Shown here in pieces: positions 25,900 to 38,680 of a stretch of DNA of 64,000 nucleotides. A program made the translations under genes and the position numbers. This DNA is from Mobula hypostoma (lineage: Eukaryota), in contig NC_086097.1 in the NCBI RefSeq assembly GCF_963921235.1, positions 249,676,001 to 249,740,000 on the forward strand, read 5' to 3'. The first letter of the stretch is position 1. Every line of letters begins with the position of its first letter. Under the pieces are notes generated by a model. It was not told the origin of the DNA. It was given only the letters and a program-made list of their open reading frames with translations, and did not search any database.

Positions 25900-26265
25900 A
25901 ATCGGAAGAGTAAATACTTGAGGCAGGGTGGAGGTATGTCTCTATCAAAGGAAGTGTAAAGTGCTCCTTCCTTTCGAGACCGCAGGTCACCCTTGAACAG
26001 GGTGCAGCACCTGCTGAGCCTCCCCCACCCGATCGGGGTCACGGGAAGTCACGGGAGCAGGTGTTGGATGGTCGTATGAGCAGCTGGTGCATATCGCAAG
26101 TCCTGGTTATGCGACCACTGACACCAGGCAGACAATCTCTGAAGAGACCGTCTTGTAAAGACACTGCCCAGAAGAAGGCAATGGCAGACCACTTCTGTAG
26201 AGAAATTTGCAGCAAGACCACGGTTGCCCTTGTCTTTCAACATGGTATATAATGGTGGTGACGAT
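25900..26265 (+). mobile_element. Non-autonomous element with an RTE-related 3' end
   Basis: GAAGAAGGCAATGGCAGACCACTTCTG resembles RTE-derived SINE tails; (ATG)n-like end. Confidence 0.45.
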
Positions 26266-26281
26266 GATAAGGCTCAGGAGA

Positions 26282-28555
26282 TACTGCAGATGCTGGAAAT
26301 CCAGATCAACACGCACAAAATGCTGGAGGAACTCAGCAGGTCAGGCAGCATCTATGGAAAAGAGTAAACAGTTGACTTTTTGGACCGAGACCCTTCGTCA
26401 GGACTGGCTATCAGGGTCATTTACTGGATCCAGTGCTCGCGGTTCGGCCCCCTCGACACCAGTGAGCTCCGATACAGACTGAGGGGCCGCTCTTTCACTC
26501 CATCTGCTTGGCCCACCACAAATGGCCACCCATTTCAATCTGACTTTCCATTCCCATTCGTCGTGCCTGTCCATGGCCTCCTCCACTGCTATCATCAGGT
26601 TGCAGCAGCAACAGCTCATATTCCATTTGGGTAGCCTCCAACCTGATGGCATGAACGTCGATTTAATTAAATTCTAGTAATTCCTCACCCTCCCTCTCCC
26701 TCTCTTTTTCCATTCCCCATTGGTTCCAATCTCACCCCTTCTCTTCTCCTCACCTGCCTGTTACCTCCCTCTGGTGCCCCTCCACCTTCCCTTTCTCCCA
26801 TCGTCCACTCTCCTCTCCAATCAGCTTCCTTCTTCTTCAGCCGTTTATCTTTCTCACCTATCACCTCCCAGCTTCTTACATCATCCTCCTCCCCACCCAC
26901 CTACCTTCACCCTCACCTGCCAGCTTGCACTCCCCCACTCCCTCCATCCTCTTATTTTGGCTTTTGCTCTCTTCCTTTCCAGTCCCGATGAAGGGTCTCA
27001 GCCTGAAATGTTGACTGTTAAGTTAAGATGGTGCTAAATTTTTTAGATTATGAGAATACTGAGTCCTCTTTTATTGTCATTTAGAAATGCATACATGCAT
27101 TAAGAAATGATACAATGTTCCTCCGGAGTGATATCACAGAAAACAGGACAAACCAAAGACTAACACTGACAGAACCACATAATTATAACATATAGTTACA
27201 GCAGTGCAAAGCAGTACCATAATTTGATGAAGAACAGACCATAGGCACAGTAAAACAAAATTCTCAAAGTCCCGAGTCGATCGACTCCCGAGTCCCCGAT
27301 AGCAGGTGGCAAAAGGGAGAAACTCCCTGCCATAAACCTCCAGGCACAGTCAGCTTGCCGATGCCTTGGAAGCAGCTGACCACAGCCGACCCTGAGTCCA
27401 TCCATCCGAAAACTCCGAGCTTCCGAGCAGCCTCCCGAGCGCCATCCTCTGCGAGCGCCTTCGACCTCTCCCCGGCCGCTGAAACACGCAAAGCCGAGGA
27501 TTTCGGGGCCTTCAGCTCCAGAGATTCCGGTTACCACACAGTAACAGCAGTAGCAAAGCAGTCATTTCAGAAGTTTTCCAGATGTTCTGCTGTGCTCTCA
27601 CGTCTGTCTCCATCAAATCAGAATTGTTCATGATCCCCTACTTGACAAATAACAGATATGTGGACAGATACGTGCTGTTGCCGCGCCGTCATCTTCTCCC
27701 CGCTCCCGGGAGAAATGGCAACTCCTTTACATTCATCTTCGGAAATAGCTTTAGAGCTATCTTTGACAACTCTTTTTTTTTCATTTTCAGGGTGCAGGGG
27801 GTTCTTCTGAAGACTCTGACTTGGCGTTACACTCTGAGTTTGGTTCTTCATGGGAATGGGACTCGCTCTCAGGGCCTCACGACCGGCCACCTTTTTTTAT
27901 ATCCCAAGGATGTGCCTTCAGGGTTGCAGGATTTCCTGGCTCTGGAGAAGGGCTGATTCTAGGCCGGTGCCCCTGACTGAAGCATCGCGGGAGAACATGG
28001 AACATCGGGAGCAGCGGGATAGCTGCCGGGGGTTGCTGCACCTTCTTGGTGCCCACAGTGCTCGGAAAAAGTGCTGCAATGGACTTTTAACATCGTAAAC
28101 CAGCGAGTTGTTTGTTATGTCTCCCCTCTCGCTGTGAAACGGGAACAGCTCTTTCTCCCTTATTAAGGAGAGAGAGAGCCTGTGGTATATCAAGTTACCA
28201 GGTGAACGAGTAGTCTTTTGGGTACTACAAGCCTGTGTCTTTAATGATGCTTTGCTGCGTGCTTGAGTGCTCGGTGGGGACGTGCCGTGATGCTTTTTTG
28301 CTGGTGGGAGAGGGGGCAATCATTGCTTTGCTGATGCATGTGCATAGGAGGGGGGAGCTGGGGAGTTTTGGAGTTCTAACGTTTAACTGTCATTCATTCT
28401 TTAGGACACTCCTCTGTTTTTATGGATGTCTGCTAAGAAAAAAAATTCAGGATGTATATTGTATTCATTTCTCTGACATTAACTGCACCTATTCACTGTT
28501 TATTCCTCTCCATCAATGCTGCCTGACCTGCTGAGTTCCTCCAGCATTTTGTGTC
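26282..28555 (+). mobile_element. Penelope-like element remnant with an inverted pseudo-LTR piece, split by nested inserts
   Basis: Minus-oriented pLTR end at 26282-26407; plus-oriented degenerate GIY-YIG segment (VIYWIQCSRFG) and pLTR to ~27019, resuming at ~28495. Confidence 0.7.
27020..28494. mobile_element. Two nested non-coding retroposon-like repeats: outer + (27020-27038 and ~27712-28494), inner - (~27039-27711)
   Basis: They interrupt the pLTR at ACTGTT, which recurs at 28495-28500. CpG-rich bodies, LINE-like AT-rich 3' ends, no recognisable ORF. Confidence 0.5.
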
Positions 28556-30049
28556 ATTGCCCATTCAGAATCATTGTCAGTCCTGTCAGTTTTAAGGGGC
28601 AGTCTTTACTCATGTGTAGTTTTTCATAAATGCTACCATATTCCTTTATTTTCATGTGAATGCCTGCAGGATATTAGCTCTCAAGGTAGCTGGTAGTGAC
28701 ATATGTAGGTACTTTAATAATAAATTTAATTTCACTTTGATTTTTTACAGCCTATTTTCACAACACAGAATATAAGAGCAGCATTAAGTAAGTGCATGAA
28801 AACAGATCTAATTTTTTTTGCTCTCGAGTGCCTTGTCATTTGTCTTGTGCCTCCCTTCACACTGGCCTTCTCATAATGAGTTCAATGTGTGAAGAGTTCA
28901 CAACTGCAGTACAGTCCAGAGCCAAATTATGTCATCTTGAGCCACACTGGAGACCGCGATCGCTAACAGCTTCTGCTAACATGTTCACCAGCTGTGGGAA
29001 ACAGGAGTTATTCATCTGTCATCCAGCACTGTCTCAGATTTGCTGGGGCCAAGCTCAAAAATTTAAATCTTAAGATGATAAGACATAGGATCAGAATTAG
29101 GCCATTTGGTTTGTCGAGTCTGCTCCGCCATTCTATCATGGCTGATTTCTTATCCCACTCAACCCCATTTTCTCCTGCCTTCTGCCCTGAAAAATCAAGA
29201 ACCTTTCGTGCTCTGCTTTAAATATATGCAATGACTTAGCCTCCGCAGACACCTGTGGTAATAAACTCCATAGATTCACCACCCTCTGACCAGAGAATTT
29301 CCTCCTCACCTTCACTTTTAGTAGATGCCCCTCTTGTCCGAGGCTGTGCCCTCTGGTCCTGAACTCACCCACTATTGGAAACATCCTCCCTGCTTGCCAG
29401 GCTGCAGTACAGTTCAGATCTCAGAGTGCTCAAGAAGTGTGAAAAACAAGATTGATACTTGGCAGCAGCATTCTGGTATTCAATCTGCCCAGCCAGCAAA
29501 ACAGCAGAGTACGTCAGCCGTTTCATTGCCAAGATTTTGAACAGGGCAAGGCATATTTTCTCTGGTCAGCAGCTGGTTCCCTGTCCCGTGCTTAACACCC
29601 AAAGGAAATGATTCCATTTAGCAGCTTAAAAAAAATGCAAAACAAATAATTCTAGTACTAGTGTGATCACTTAAGTTGAGTATGATGTTCTCCTAAGGGG
29701 TTAGTCCCTTAATGCCTGTGTGTTACTTTGTTAAACATGGGGCGTCAGATGTATGGGCAGCCATCACACAGTGGGTGACAGACTGGAGTCAGAATCTAGT
29801 GGGATGGAGTGTAAGGTGACTGGGGACCCTTCTCTGCTGCAGGTTTTCTCTGTCTTCACTGCTGTTGTGATGTGTCATCATCTTCTGCCAGCTCCACCAT
29901 TGAAGTCCTGATTGGACACCCTTTGGAAACTTCCCTTGACCTTACCGCCATGGGTGACCCTACCAGGAGCTAAGCGAAAGACAGCTTTGCTCTCGGGATA
30001 TCAGAAACACACAAGGCAAGGTGTTGGCACTCAAATAATAATTTAATAA

Positions 30050-30630
30050 GAAACCATCTTTGGAAGATTTGGTCAGATGATTGTACAGTGGAAGGTTGGA
30101 AACCAGCCCAATTAGTATTAGGGCCCTTCTCCTCAATAATAAGTAGACCGCCTTAGATACCGTTGGGGAGGAATGGCCGAGAGGGAGAAGCCACAGCAAG
30201 CAGGTCTCTGGCTCTGTGGCTCAGAAGGGAAGTGGGGAGGAGAGGACTGCAATAGTGATAGGGGATTCCATGATTCAAGGAGCAGACAGGAGATCCTGTG
30301 GGCATGAAAAGGAAACCCAGGTGGTACTTTGCCTCGCAAGGGGCCAGGTTAACAGATGACTCAGATTGGGTGCACAGCACTCTAAGGTGGTGGGGGAGTA
30401 TCCAGAAGTCGTACAAATTACTACCAAAGGCAGCAGGAAGGTAAAGGGAGGAGGTGCAGAAGAGGGGATATGGGGAGTTACAAACACAAGATACTGGGGG
30501 AAATCGGCAGGTCAGGCAGCATCTATGGAAATCAATAAATAATAGATTTTTTTAGGCTGAGACCCATCGTCAGGACTATTCTTTAGGTAGGAAGCTGAAA
30601 AGCAGGACCTCTGCAGTAGTAATCATTGGA
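30050..30630 (+). mobile_element. CR1 ORF1 (SGNH esterase) fragment containing a PLE short repeat at ~30480-30577 (-)
   Basis: AIVIGDSMIQGADRRSCG..VVLCL matches the GDS(L) block of CR1 ORF1. Confidence 0.65.
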
Positions 30631-30902
30631 TCTAGACCATAAAACCAGAAAATATTGGAGCAGAATTAGCCATTCAGCCCATCAAAACTGCTCCACCATT
30701 CCATCGTGGCTGATCCCAGATCCCACTCAACCCCATACACCTGCCTTCTTGCCATAGCTTTTGATAATCTGACCATTCAGGAAACTATCAATTTTTACTT
30801 TAAATATACCTACGGACTTGGCCTCCATTGAAGTCTATGGGAAAGTATTCCACAGATTCACTACTCTCTGGCTAAAAAAAAAAAATTCCTCTTTATCTCT
30901 GT

Positions 30903-32900
30903 GCATTCTTCTCCAGTTGACTATCTCCAGCAGAGAGGAACTATGATATCGGAAACTGGGAGCTTCTTGCGGTTAAGTTAGCCTTGGAGGAATGGCATCA
31001 CCGGCTAGAGAGGGCCAAGAACATTTCACCATTTTGACTGACCGCAAGAACCTGACATATTCAGGAGGCCAAGAGGCTGAATTCCAGGCAGGCCAGGTGG
31101 TCTTTGTTCTTTATCGCTTTGAATTCATCCTGACCTATTGACGAGAATCAAAGGATGCCCTCTCCCGGATGTTCCGAAGTGAGAGGAGCAGCATACCACT
31201 ATTTTGCTCCAGGCCAGACTGGTAGTGCCAATTCTTTGGGGAATTGACACTCTTGTTCTCAAGGCCCATGTGCAAGGGGAGATTCCGAGGAATGGTCCTC
31301 CAGGTCAGCTGTTCATCCCAGGTTCTGTCAGGTCTCAGCTACTCCAGTGGGGACATTCATCAAGAATGACGGCACGCCAGGATAGCCAGGGCCCTCGAGT
31401 TTATTATGAGGAGATACTGGTGGCCCAGAATGACAAAAGAGGTTCAGCAGTATGTGCAGGAATGTGAGGTGTGCACCTAGAACAAGGAACCCCATATCCT
31501 TCATTCCCTTCCTGTTCCGGAATGACCTTGGGCACTCATCTCCACAGACTTTGTCATGGGTTTCCAGCTATCTATGGGGAATTTGGTCAACATGGTAATT
31601 CTCAATCAGTTTTTGAAAGACAGCAAGTTCATTGCCTTGGAAAAACTACCACCTGTGGTGGAGTCAGTCCAAATTGTCCTGGACGAGGTCTTCAAGATCT
31701 ACGGATTCCCGTTGAACATTGTCTCGGATCGTGGTCCATAATTCACATCACATTTCTGGAAGGTGTTCTGACAGGGGCAATAGCAAGGCTTTCCACCGCC
31801 TTTCACCCACAGTCCACAGCCAGGCGGAGCAGACTAACCAGGATTTAGAAGATGCCTGACTTCAGAAAGACCGGAAGGGTGGTGTGACCATTTGATGTGG
31901 GCAGAGGTCACCCAAACACCTTACAGCATTCGGCGCACGAGATGTTACCGTTCGCCTGCCAGTTTCATTATCCTCCGCCTCTCTTTCCGGAACAAGAGGC
32001 CGAGGTTGGGGTCTCTACAGCCGAAGATTTCATCCAGCACTGCAAGCAAAAAGTGGATTTGGGCAAGAGAGATTATCCTGGGCTGTACCCAGCAAGCGGA
32101 GATGAAGGTGAACCGCGAGAGAAGTCAGGGACCTGCTTTACAGCCGGGGCAATAGGTCTGGGTGCACGTTCATGATTTGCCTCTCCCAGTGGAATCTAGA
32201 AAGTTGGTGCCCGAGTTCACTTTACAATCCTGAGGAAATTAAACCTGGTGTTTTACACCTTGAAGCTGCCCTAGACCCTAAAGATCAATCCCAGCTTCCA
32301 CATTTCCAAATTAAAAGCTGCCCGCACCAGCTCCTTGGCCCCACCACCATCAGCCCCGCCAACACCCAGGTTTATTGAGGGGTAACAGGTCTTCATGGTA
32401 AAAGAACTTTCAGACTCACGTACTGTTCGAGGGGTTTAGCAACACTGGTGGACTGGGAAGGATTTGGAACTGAAGAGAGGTGCTGGGTGCCTGAAAGAGA
32501 CATCTTGGATCCAGCTCTCATCCTCGATTTATCATCACCACCTCTCCCAGCAGCCAGGGCCATCAGGATTTGGCCGTAGGGGAGGGGCCCCTGTAATGAT
32601 GTGCCCCCCAACCTCGCCAGATTCTGGGATTTAGACGCTCAAACTCCCTGGAGTACCAATATCAGACCCGGCCCCTTTAAGGGTTCAGGAAGGTCCCACT
32701 AATCGGTAATCATGTTTTGGGCGTGAAGAATCAAGTATTTAAGGAACACCTGAGCTGCAGCTTGATGCTCAGTCACAAGCCTACTAGTGATATTGTCTAG
32801 CATTCGTCTTGTGCTCAGATCCAGTTTGATACCGTGTTTCAAACCTTGCTTCAGATACCCCAGCCTTTGGGTCTAAATCATCCTCGTCAAGGACTCTTGT
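30903..32900 (+). mobile_element. Gypsy/Ty3 chromovirus LTR retrotransposon, 3' half: RNase H, integrase, chromodomain, PPT and partial 3' LTR
   Basis: [58 protein letters not shown]; purine tract 32578-32587, then LTR start TGTAA at 32592. Many stops and frameshifts. Confidence 0.85.
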
Positions 32901-32904
32901 TACA

Positions 32905-33595
32905 CCAACAGAAGGCAACTACAAAGCCATAAGGAGAGAAAGGATGAAATATGAAGGTAAGCTATCCAATAATATAAAAGATTATGCCAAAAGTTTTTCA
33001 ACTATATATAAAGAGTAAGAGAGAAGCAAGAGTGGATATCAGACTGCAAAAAAATGACACAGGAGAAGCAGTAATGGGGGATAAGGAAATAGCAGATAAA
33101 CTTAATAAGTATTTTACATCAGTCTTCACTATGGAAGACAGTAGCAGTATGCCAGAAATTTGAGGCTGTGGGGGGACAGAAACGAGTATAGTTGCTATTA
33201 CTAAGAAGAAGGTGCCTGGGAAGTTGAAAAGTCTGAAGGTAGTCAAGTCACTGGACCAGATGGACTACATCCCAAATTTCTGAAAGAGGTAGCCAAAAAA
33301 AATTGTGTAGACATTTGCAATGATCTTTCAAGAATCACTTGTTTCTAGAATGGCTCTTGAGGACTAGAAAATTGCAAAAGTCACCCCACTCTTTAAGAAG
33401 TAAGGGAGGCAGAAGAAATGATCTAATTGTTCCATCTTCAGTGGCTGGGAAGATGTTGGTGTCCTTTATTAAGGATGACATCTCAGTGTACTTGGAGACA
33501 TGTGAGAAAATTGGTTAAAGTCAGCATGGTTTCCTTCAGGGGAAATCTTCCCAACAAATCTGTTGGAATACCTTCAGGAATTAACAAGCAAAATA
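32905..33595 (+). mobile_element. CR1 ORF2 internal fragment
   Basis: Degenerate DKLNKYFTSVFT, GPDGLHP, VTPLFKK, SQHGF. Confidence 0.8.
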
Positions 33596-33874
33596 AAAAA
33601 TAATTGCTGGCTGGAGTACAGGGTGGCATTCTTGTATATTCCCATTTTAAGGCTTAATAATACTGTACTGCCTTCAAGAGAAATGGAGGGAGCAGCACTG
33701 TTGGCCAGAAGCAATGACAATGGGTGAACAGATATGGCAGTGGCCATTTTGCGAAGCTTTCCTTGTCGCCCCCATTTTGTGAACGGCTTGAACTGATTTC
33801 TTGCTCTGGGTTAATTAAACCAGAGCACTGGAATGTGAACACAGGGAGGTTTCTGCAAATGACCTGCTAAACCT

Positions 33875-34728
33875 GAGAAGTGGGCAAATTCATGGCAGAT
33901 GCAATTTAATGTGGATAAATGTGAAGTTATCCACTTTGGTGGCAAAAATAGGAAAACAGATTATTATCTGAATGGTGGCCGATTAGGAAAAGGGGAGGTG
34001 CAATGAGACCTGGGTGTCATTATACACCAGTCATTGAAAGTGGGCATGCAGGTACAACAGGCGGTGAAAAAGGCGAATGGTATGCTGGCATTTATAGTGA
34101 GAGGATTCGAGTACAGGAGCAGGGACGTACTACTGCAGTTGTACAAGGCCTTGGTGAGACCACACCTGGAGTATTGTGTGCAGTTTTGGTCTCCCAATCT
34201 GAGGAAAGACATCTTTGCCATAGAGGGAGTACAAAGAAGGTTCACCAGATTGATTGGATGGCGGGACTTTCATATGAAGAAAGACTGGATGAATTGGGCT
34301 TGTACTCATTGAAATTTAGAAGATTGAGGGGGGATCTGATTGAAACGTATAAGATCCTAAAGGGATTGGACAGGCTAGATGCAGGAAGATTGTTCCCGAT
34401 GTTGGGGAAGTCCAGAACGAGGGGTCACAGTTTGAGGATAGAGGGGAAGCCTTTTAGGACCGAGATTAGGAAAAACTTCTTCACACAGAGAGTGGTGAAT
34501 CTGTGGAATTCTCTGCCACAGGAAACTGTTGAGGCCAGTTCATTGGCTATATTTAAGAGGGAGTTAGATATGGCCCTTGTGGCTACGGGGGTCAGGGGGT
34601 ATGGAGGGAAGGCTGGGGTGGGGTTCTGAGTTGGATGATCAGCCATGATCATAATAAATGGCGGTGCAGGCTCGAAGGGCCGAATGGCCTACTCCTGCAC
34701 CTATTTTTCTATGTTTCTATGTTTCTAT
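33875..34728 (+). mobile_element. Young CR1 3' fragment
   Basis: LYKALVRPHLEYCVQFWSP..RTRGHSL..FFTQRVVNLWNSLP; (TTTCTATG)n tail; closely similar to 46243-46878. Confidence 0.9.
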
Positions 34729-35351
34729 ATAAAGTGTCAGGCTTACAGGAGGATGCTCAGTGTCTGGGTCACCTGGTTTAACTGATTTGTAGCAATTAGA
34801 GTTCAAAAGAACAAAAGGCATAAGGCTGAGGGCAAAGAACATAGATCAATGCTGCTTGTAGCCCTGCACTAGAACCAAAAAGAAGGTGACCGGGGTAGGT
34901 CAGGTGACCTTGAGCTAAAGGGATGGAGGCACAACATTTGCTGATAAGAATTTTTCAAGTAAGGAGTTTTGAATTCAAAGTAGCAACAACTATCCAGAGA
35001 CCAACCAGCGCAAACGTGGAGTACCCATGGACACATGGAGATTCAACTGGAAACGAGACATATCTGACCAAATGCTGACTCCTTTCCTGGGTATTACCGT
35101 TTCTATGCTTTGCTCACGGAGGGTTGGGGTAACTTGATAGTTTCGCACATACGTATTTGGTTGTGTAAATTCATGTGGTTTTTAGTTGGGACAATAAAGG
35201 TACTTGTTGCTAAATACAGATTCTCTCTGTGCCACTCTAGAACATAGATCATAGAAGAGTACAGCTCAGGAACAGGCCATTCGGCCCACAATGTTATACC
35301 TAGCCAGTGAAAAAGCAGATCAGATCAAAAAAAAACAAAAATACACCATGT

Positions 35352-36690
35352 GCATGTGAAATGCTTTGAGAGGTTGGTAATGACTAGACTGAACTCCTGC
35401 CTCAGCAAGGACCTGGACCCATTGCAATTTGCCTATCACCACAATAGGTCAACGGCAGATGCAATCTCAATGGCTCTCCACACAGCTTTAGACCACCTAG
35501 ACAACACAAACACCTACATCAGGATGCTGTTCATCAACTGTAGCTCAGAATTTAATACCATCATTCCGACAATCCTGATTGAGAAGTTGCAGAACCTGGG
35601 CCTCTGTACCTCCCTCTGCAATTGGATCCTCGACTTCTTAACCAGAAGACCACAATCTGTGTGGATTGGTGATAACATCTCCTCCTCGCTGACAATCAAT
35701 ACTGGTGCACCTCAGGGATGTGTGCTTAGCCCACTGCTCTACTCTCTGTATACACATGACTGTGTGGCTAGGCATAGCTCAAACACCATGTTCAAATTTG
35801 CTGACGATACAACCATTGTTGGCAGAATCTCAGATGGTGATGAGAGGGTGTACAGGACTGAGATATGCCAACTAGTGGAATGGTGCCGCAGCAACAACCT
35901 GGCACTCAACGTCAGTAAGATGAAAGAGCTGATTGTGGACTTCAGGAAGGGAAAGATGAAGGAACACATACCAATCCTCATAGAGGGATCAGAAGTGGAG
36001 AGAGTGAGCATCTTCAAGTTCCTGTGTGTCAAGATCTCTGAGGATCTAACCTGGTCCCAACACATCAATGTAGTTATAAAGAAGGCAAGACAGCAGCTAT
36101 ACTTTATTAGGAGTTTGAAGTGATTTTGGCATGTCAACAAATACACTCACAAACTTTTATAGATGTACTGTGGAGAGCATTCTGACAGGCTGCATCACTG
36201 TCTGGTATGGAGGGGCTACTGCACAGGACCGAAAGAAGCTGCAGAAGGTTGTAAATCTAGTCAGCTCCATCTTGGGCACTGGCCTACAAAGTACCCAGGA
36301 CATCTTTAGGGAGCGGTGTCTCCGAAAGGCAGCGTCCATTATTAAGGACCTCCAGCACCCAGGGCATGCCCTTTTCTCACTGTTACCATCAGGTAGGAGA
36401 TACAGAAGCCTGAAGGCACACACTCAACGATTCAGGAACAGCTTCTTCCCCTCTGCCATCCGATTCCAAAATGGACTTTGAAGCTTTGGACGCTAACTCA
36501 ATTTTTTTTAATATACAGTATTTCTGTTTGCACATTTTAATAATCTATTCAATAAACATAATTGATTTACTTGTTTATTTATTATGTTTTTTTTGTCTCT
36601 CTCTGCTAGATTATGTATTGTATTGAACTGCTGCTGCTAAGTTAACAAATTTCACGCCACACGCCAGTGATAATAAACCTGATTCTGATA
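35352..36690 (+). mobile_element. Rex1/Babar LINE RT and C-terminus, inserted in a CR1 3' fragment (35240-37185, -)
   Basis: [58 protein letters not shown] and (GATTCT) tail near 36672-36690. Confidence 0.9.
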
Positions 36691-37734
36691 TCCCTCCGTC
36701 TTCCTTGAATCCATGTACCTATCCAATGTCTCTGAAAAGCCTCTGATGTATTTGCCTCTACCGCCATAGCAGGCAGCGCATTGCAGGCGTCCATGACTCT
36801 GAGTGTAAAACCTGCCCCTCACATCCCCCTTGAGCCTCCCTCCTCTCTCCTTCAATGCATGCTCTCTGGTATCTCTGGGAAACAGATACTCTCTGTCCAC
36901 TCTATCTATAATCTTATAAACCTCTATCAGATCTCCCCTCCGCCTCCGACACTGCAGAGTAAACAACCCAAGTTTATCCAGCCTCTCATGATGACACATA
37001 CTCTCTAAACCAGGCAGCATCCTGGTAAACCTCTTCTGCACCCTCTCCAAAGCCTCAACATCCTTCCTATAGTGGGGCAACCAGAACTGTATGCAGATGT
37101 GAAAAACTATTAAGTTCTATAAAGTTGCAACATAACCTCTTGACTTTTGAACTCAATGCCTCGACTAATAAAAGCAAGTATTCCATATCTGATCAGTGTT
37201 ATTGAGTAGTAAACACTTATAACAAACACCAACCGCAATAAATGGCCCAATGAGTTCACTGAAGACTTTGACTTCATGAACTGCAAGAACCTGTGGAGTC
37301 CCCTCCTCAGATTCAGCTGTCATAATAATTCGGCCAATTTCTACGTATATTTAGTACCTCTAGGCACCTTGTAAGGCATAAAAATGCCCGACGCAGACCT
37401 CTCATGGTCTGAGTCGATGTTCCCCCTAGGCAAAAAGAGAAACACATAAATCTTTTCTTGCAGGAGGAAGGTTCAGGGTTTTTGGTTTTTTTTTTGTACT
37501 TTTCTCACATGCCTCCAAGTTAATTTTTTATAATAGATTCTAGGTTCAAAGTAAATTTAATATCAAAGTATATGTGCCACCATTTCCAACCCTGAGATTA
37601 ATTTTCTTGCAGGCATTCACAATAGAACAAAGAATTGAAATAGAATCAGTGAAAATCCTCACACAAAGACTGACAAATAACCAATATACAAAATCTGTGC
37701 AAACACAAAAAACGATAATAATATATTTTCATCA

Positions 37735-38680
37735 GTGAAAACAGGATTCAGCATATGCAATTCTGATAAGAAGTGCATACCACTAAACTTAAATGAGAGT
37801 ACAGCCTAGAAAAATGAAGACATTATCACTATTGAAGAAAAAGTTAACCAGAGGAAGATCATGACCCTCCACGGAAGACATCCTCATGATCTGAACAGAC
37901 TAGATGTTGACAAGGAAGTGTTGAACACCCAGCTCAGATTGGGAGGCCCCTTCCCAGAAACAGGGGGATTCCTTGTGGCAATACAGGACCAGGTGGTTAA
38001 CACAAAAATGATCAAAAATACATAATAAAAGACCAACAAATTCAAATGATGAATGCAGAAAATGCCAAGAGAAACCAGAAAGAATTCAACCCATTACAGG
38101 ATCCTGTAGCAGTTTAACTCAATCTGATTATTTATACAGGCAAAATCAAGTGGCAAACATCATTCATCAAAATATTGCCTTAGAATACAAACTCATAAAA
38201 GACACCATAACTTCATATAAATATAAGCCTGATCCAGTCTTAGAGTCAGAGTGCTATAAATTATATTACAACCCATCCATTATTACAGATACGACAATCC
38301 ATAATAACCGTCTGGATATAATAATACAGGATAAACAAGCAAGAACAATTTACTTGATAGCTAAAACCATTCCAAACACACATAACATACAGAAATCAGT
38401 AAGTGAAAAATAGTAGAAATGTGTTGAATTAAAAGAGGAAATTGAAAGACTATGGAACATGAACAGGGTATAATTTGTCCCAATAGCCACTGGTATCATC
38501 CAAAAGGCACTACACAATAGCGCTAAACAATTCAGGCCTACGCATAATACTTATCAGAAAGGCACAATACTAAACACCACTAGAATAGTCAGAAAGTTCC
38601 TAGCAATTGAGAAATGAGTGTGCTTGGCTATGCCCGTGCCTCGGGTTTCACCAGCTTTGGCCGAGGAAAAATAAAAATAC
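37735..38680 (+). mobile_element. R4/Dong-clade non-LTR element 3' fragment (second copy)
   Basis: ANIIHQNIAL..PDPVLESE..ITDTTIHNNRLDIIIQDK; colinear with 2446-3340; flanked by ATAATAATA and ATAATAAATAAAT. Confidence 0.8.

Noticed and set aside
37341..37425. Strong minus-strand acceptor (tttctctttttgcctag) followed by GNIDSDHERSASGIFMPYK..
   Set aside because: No convincing donor, all frames stop soon after, and the peptide is not recognised.
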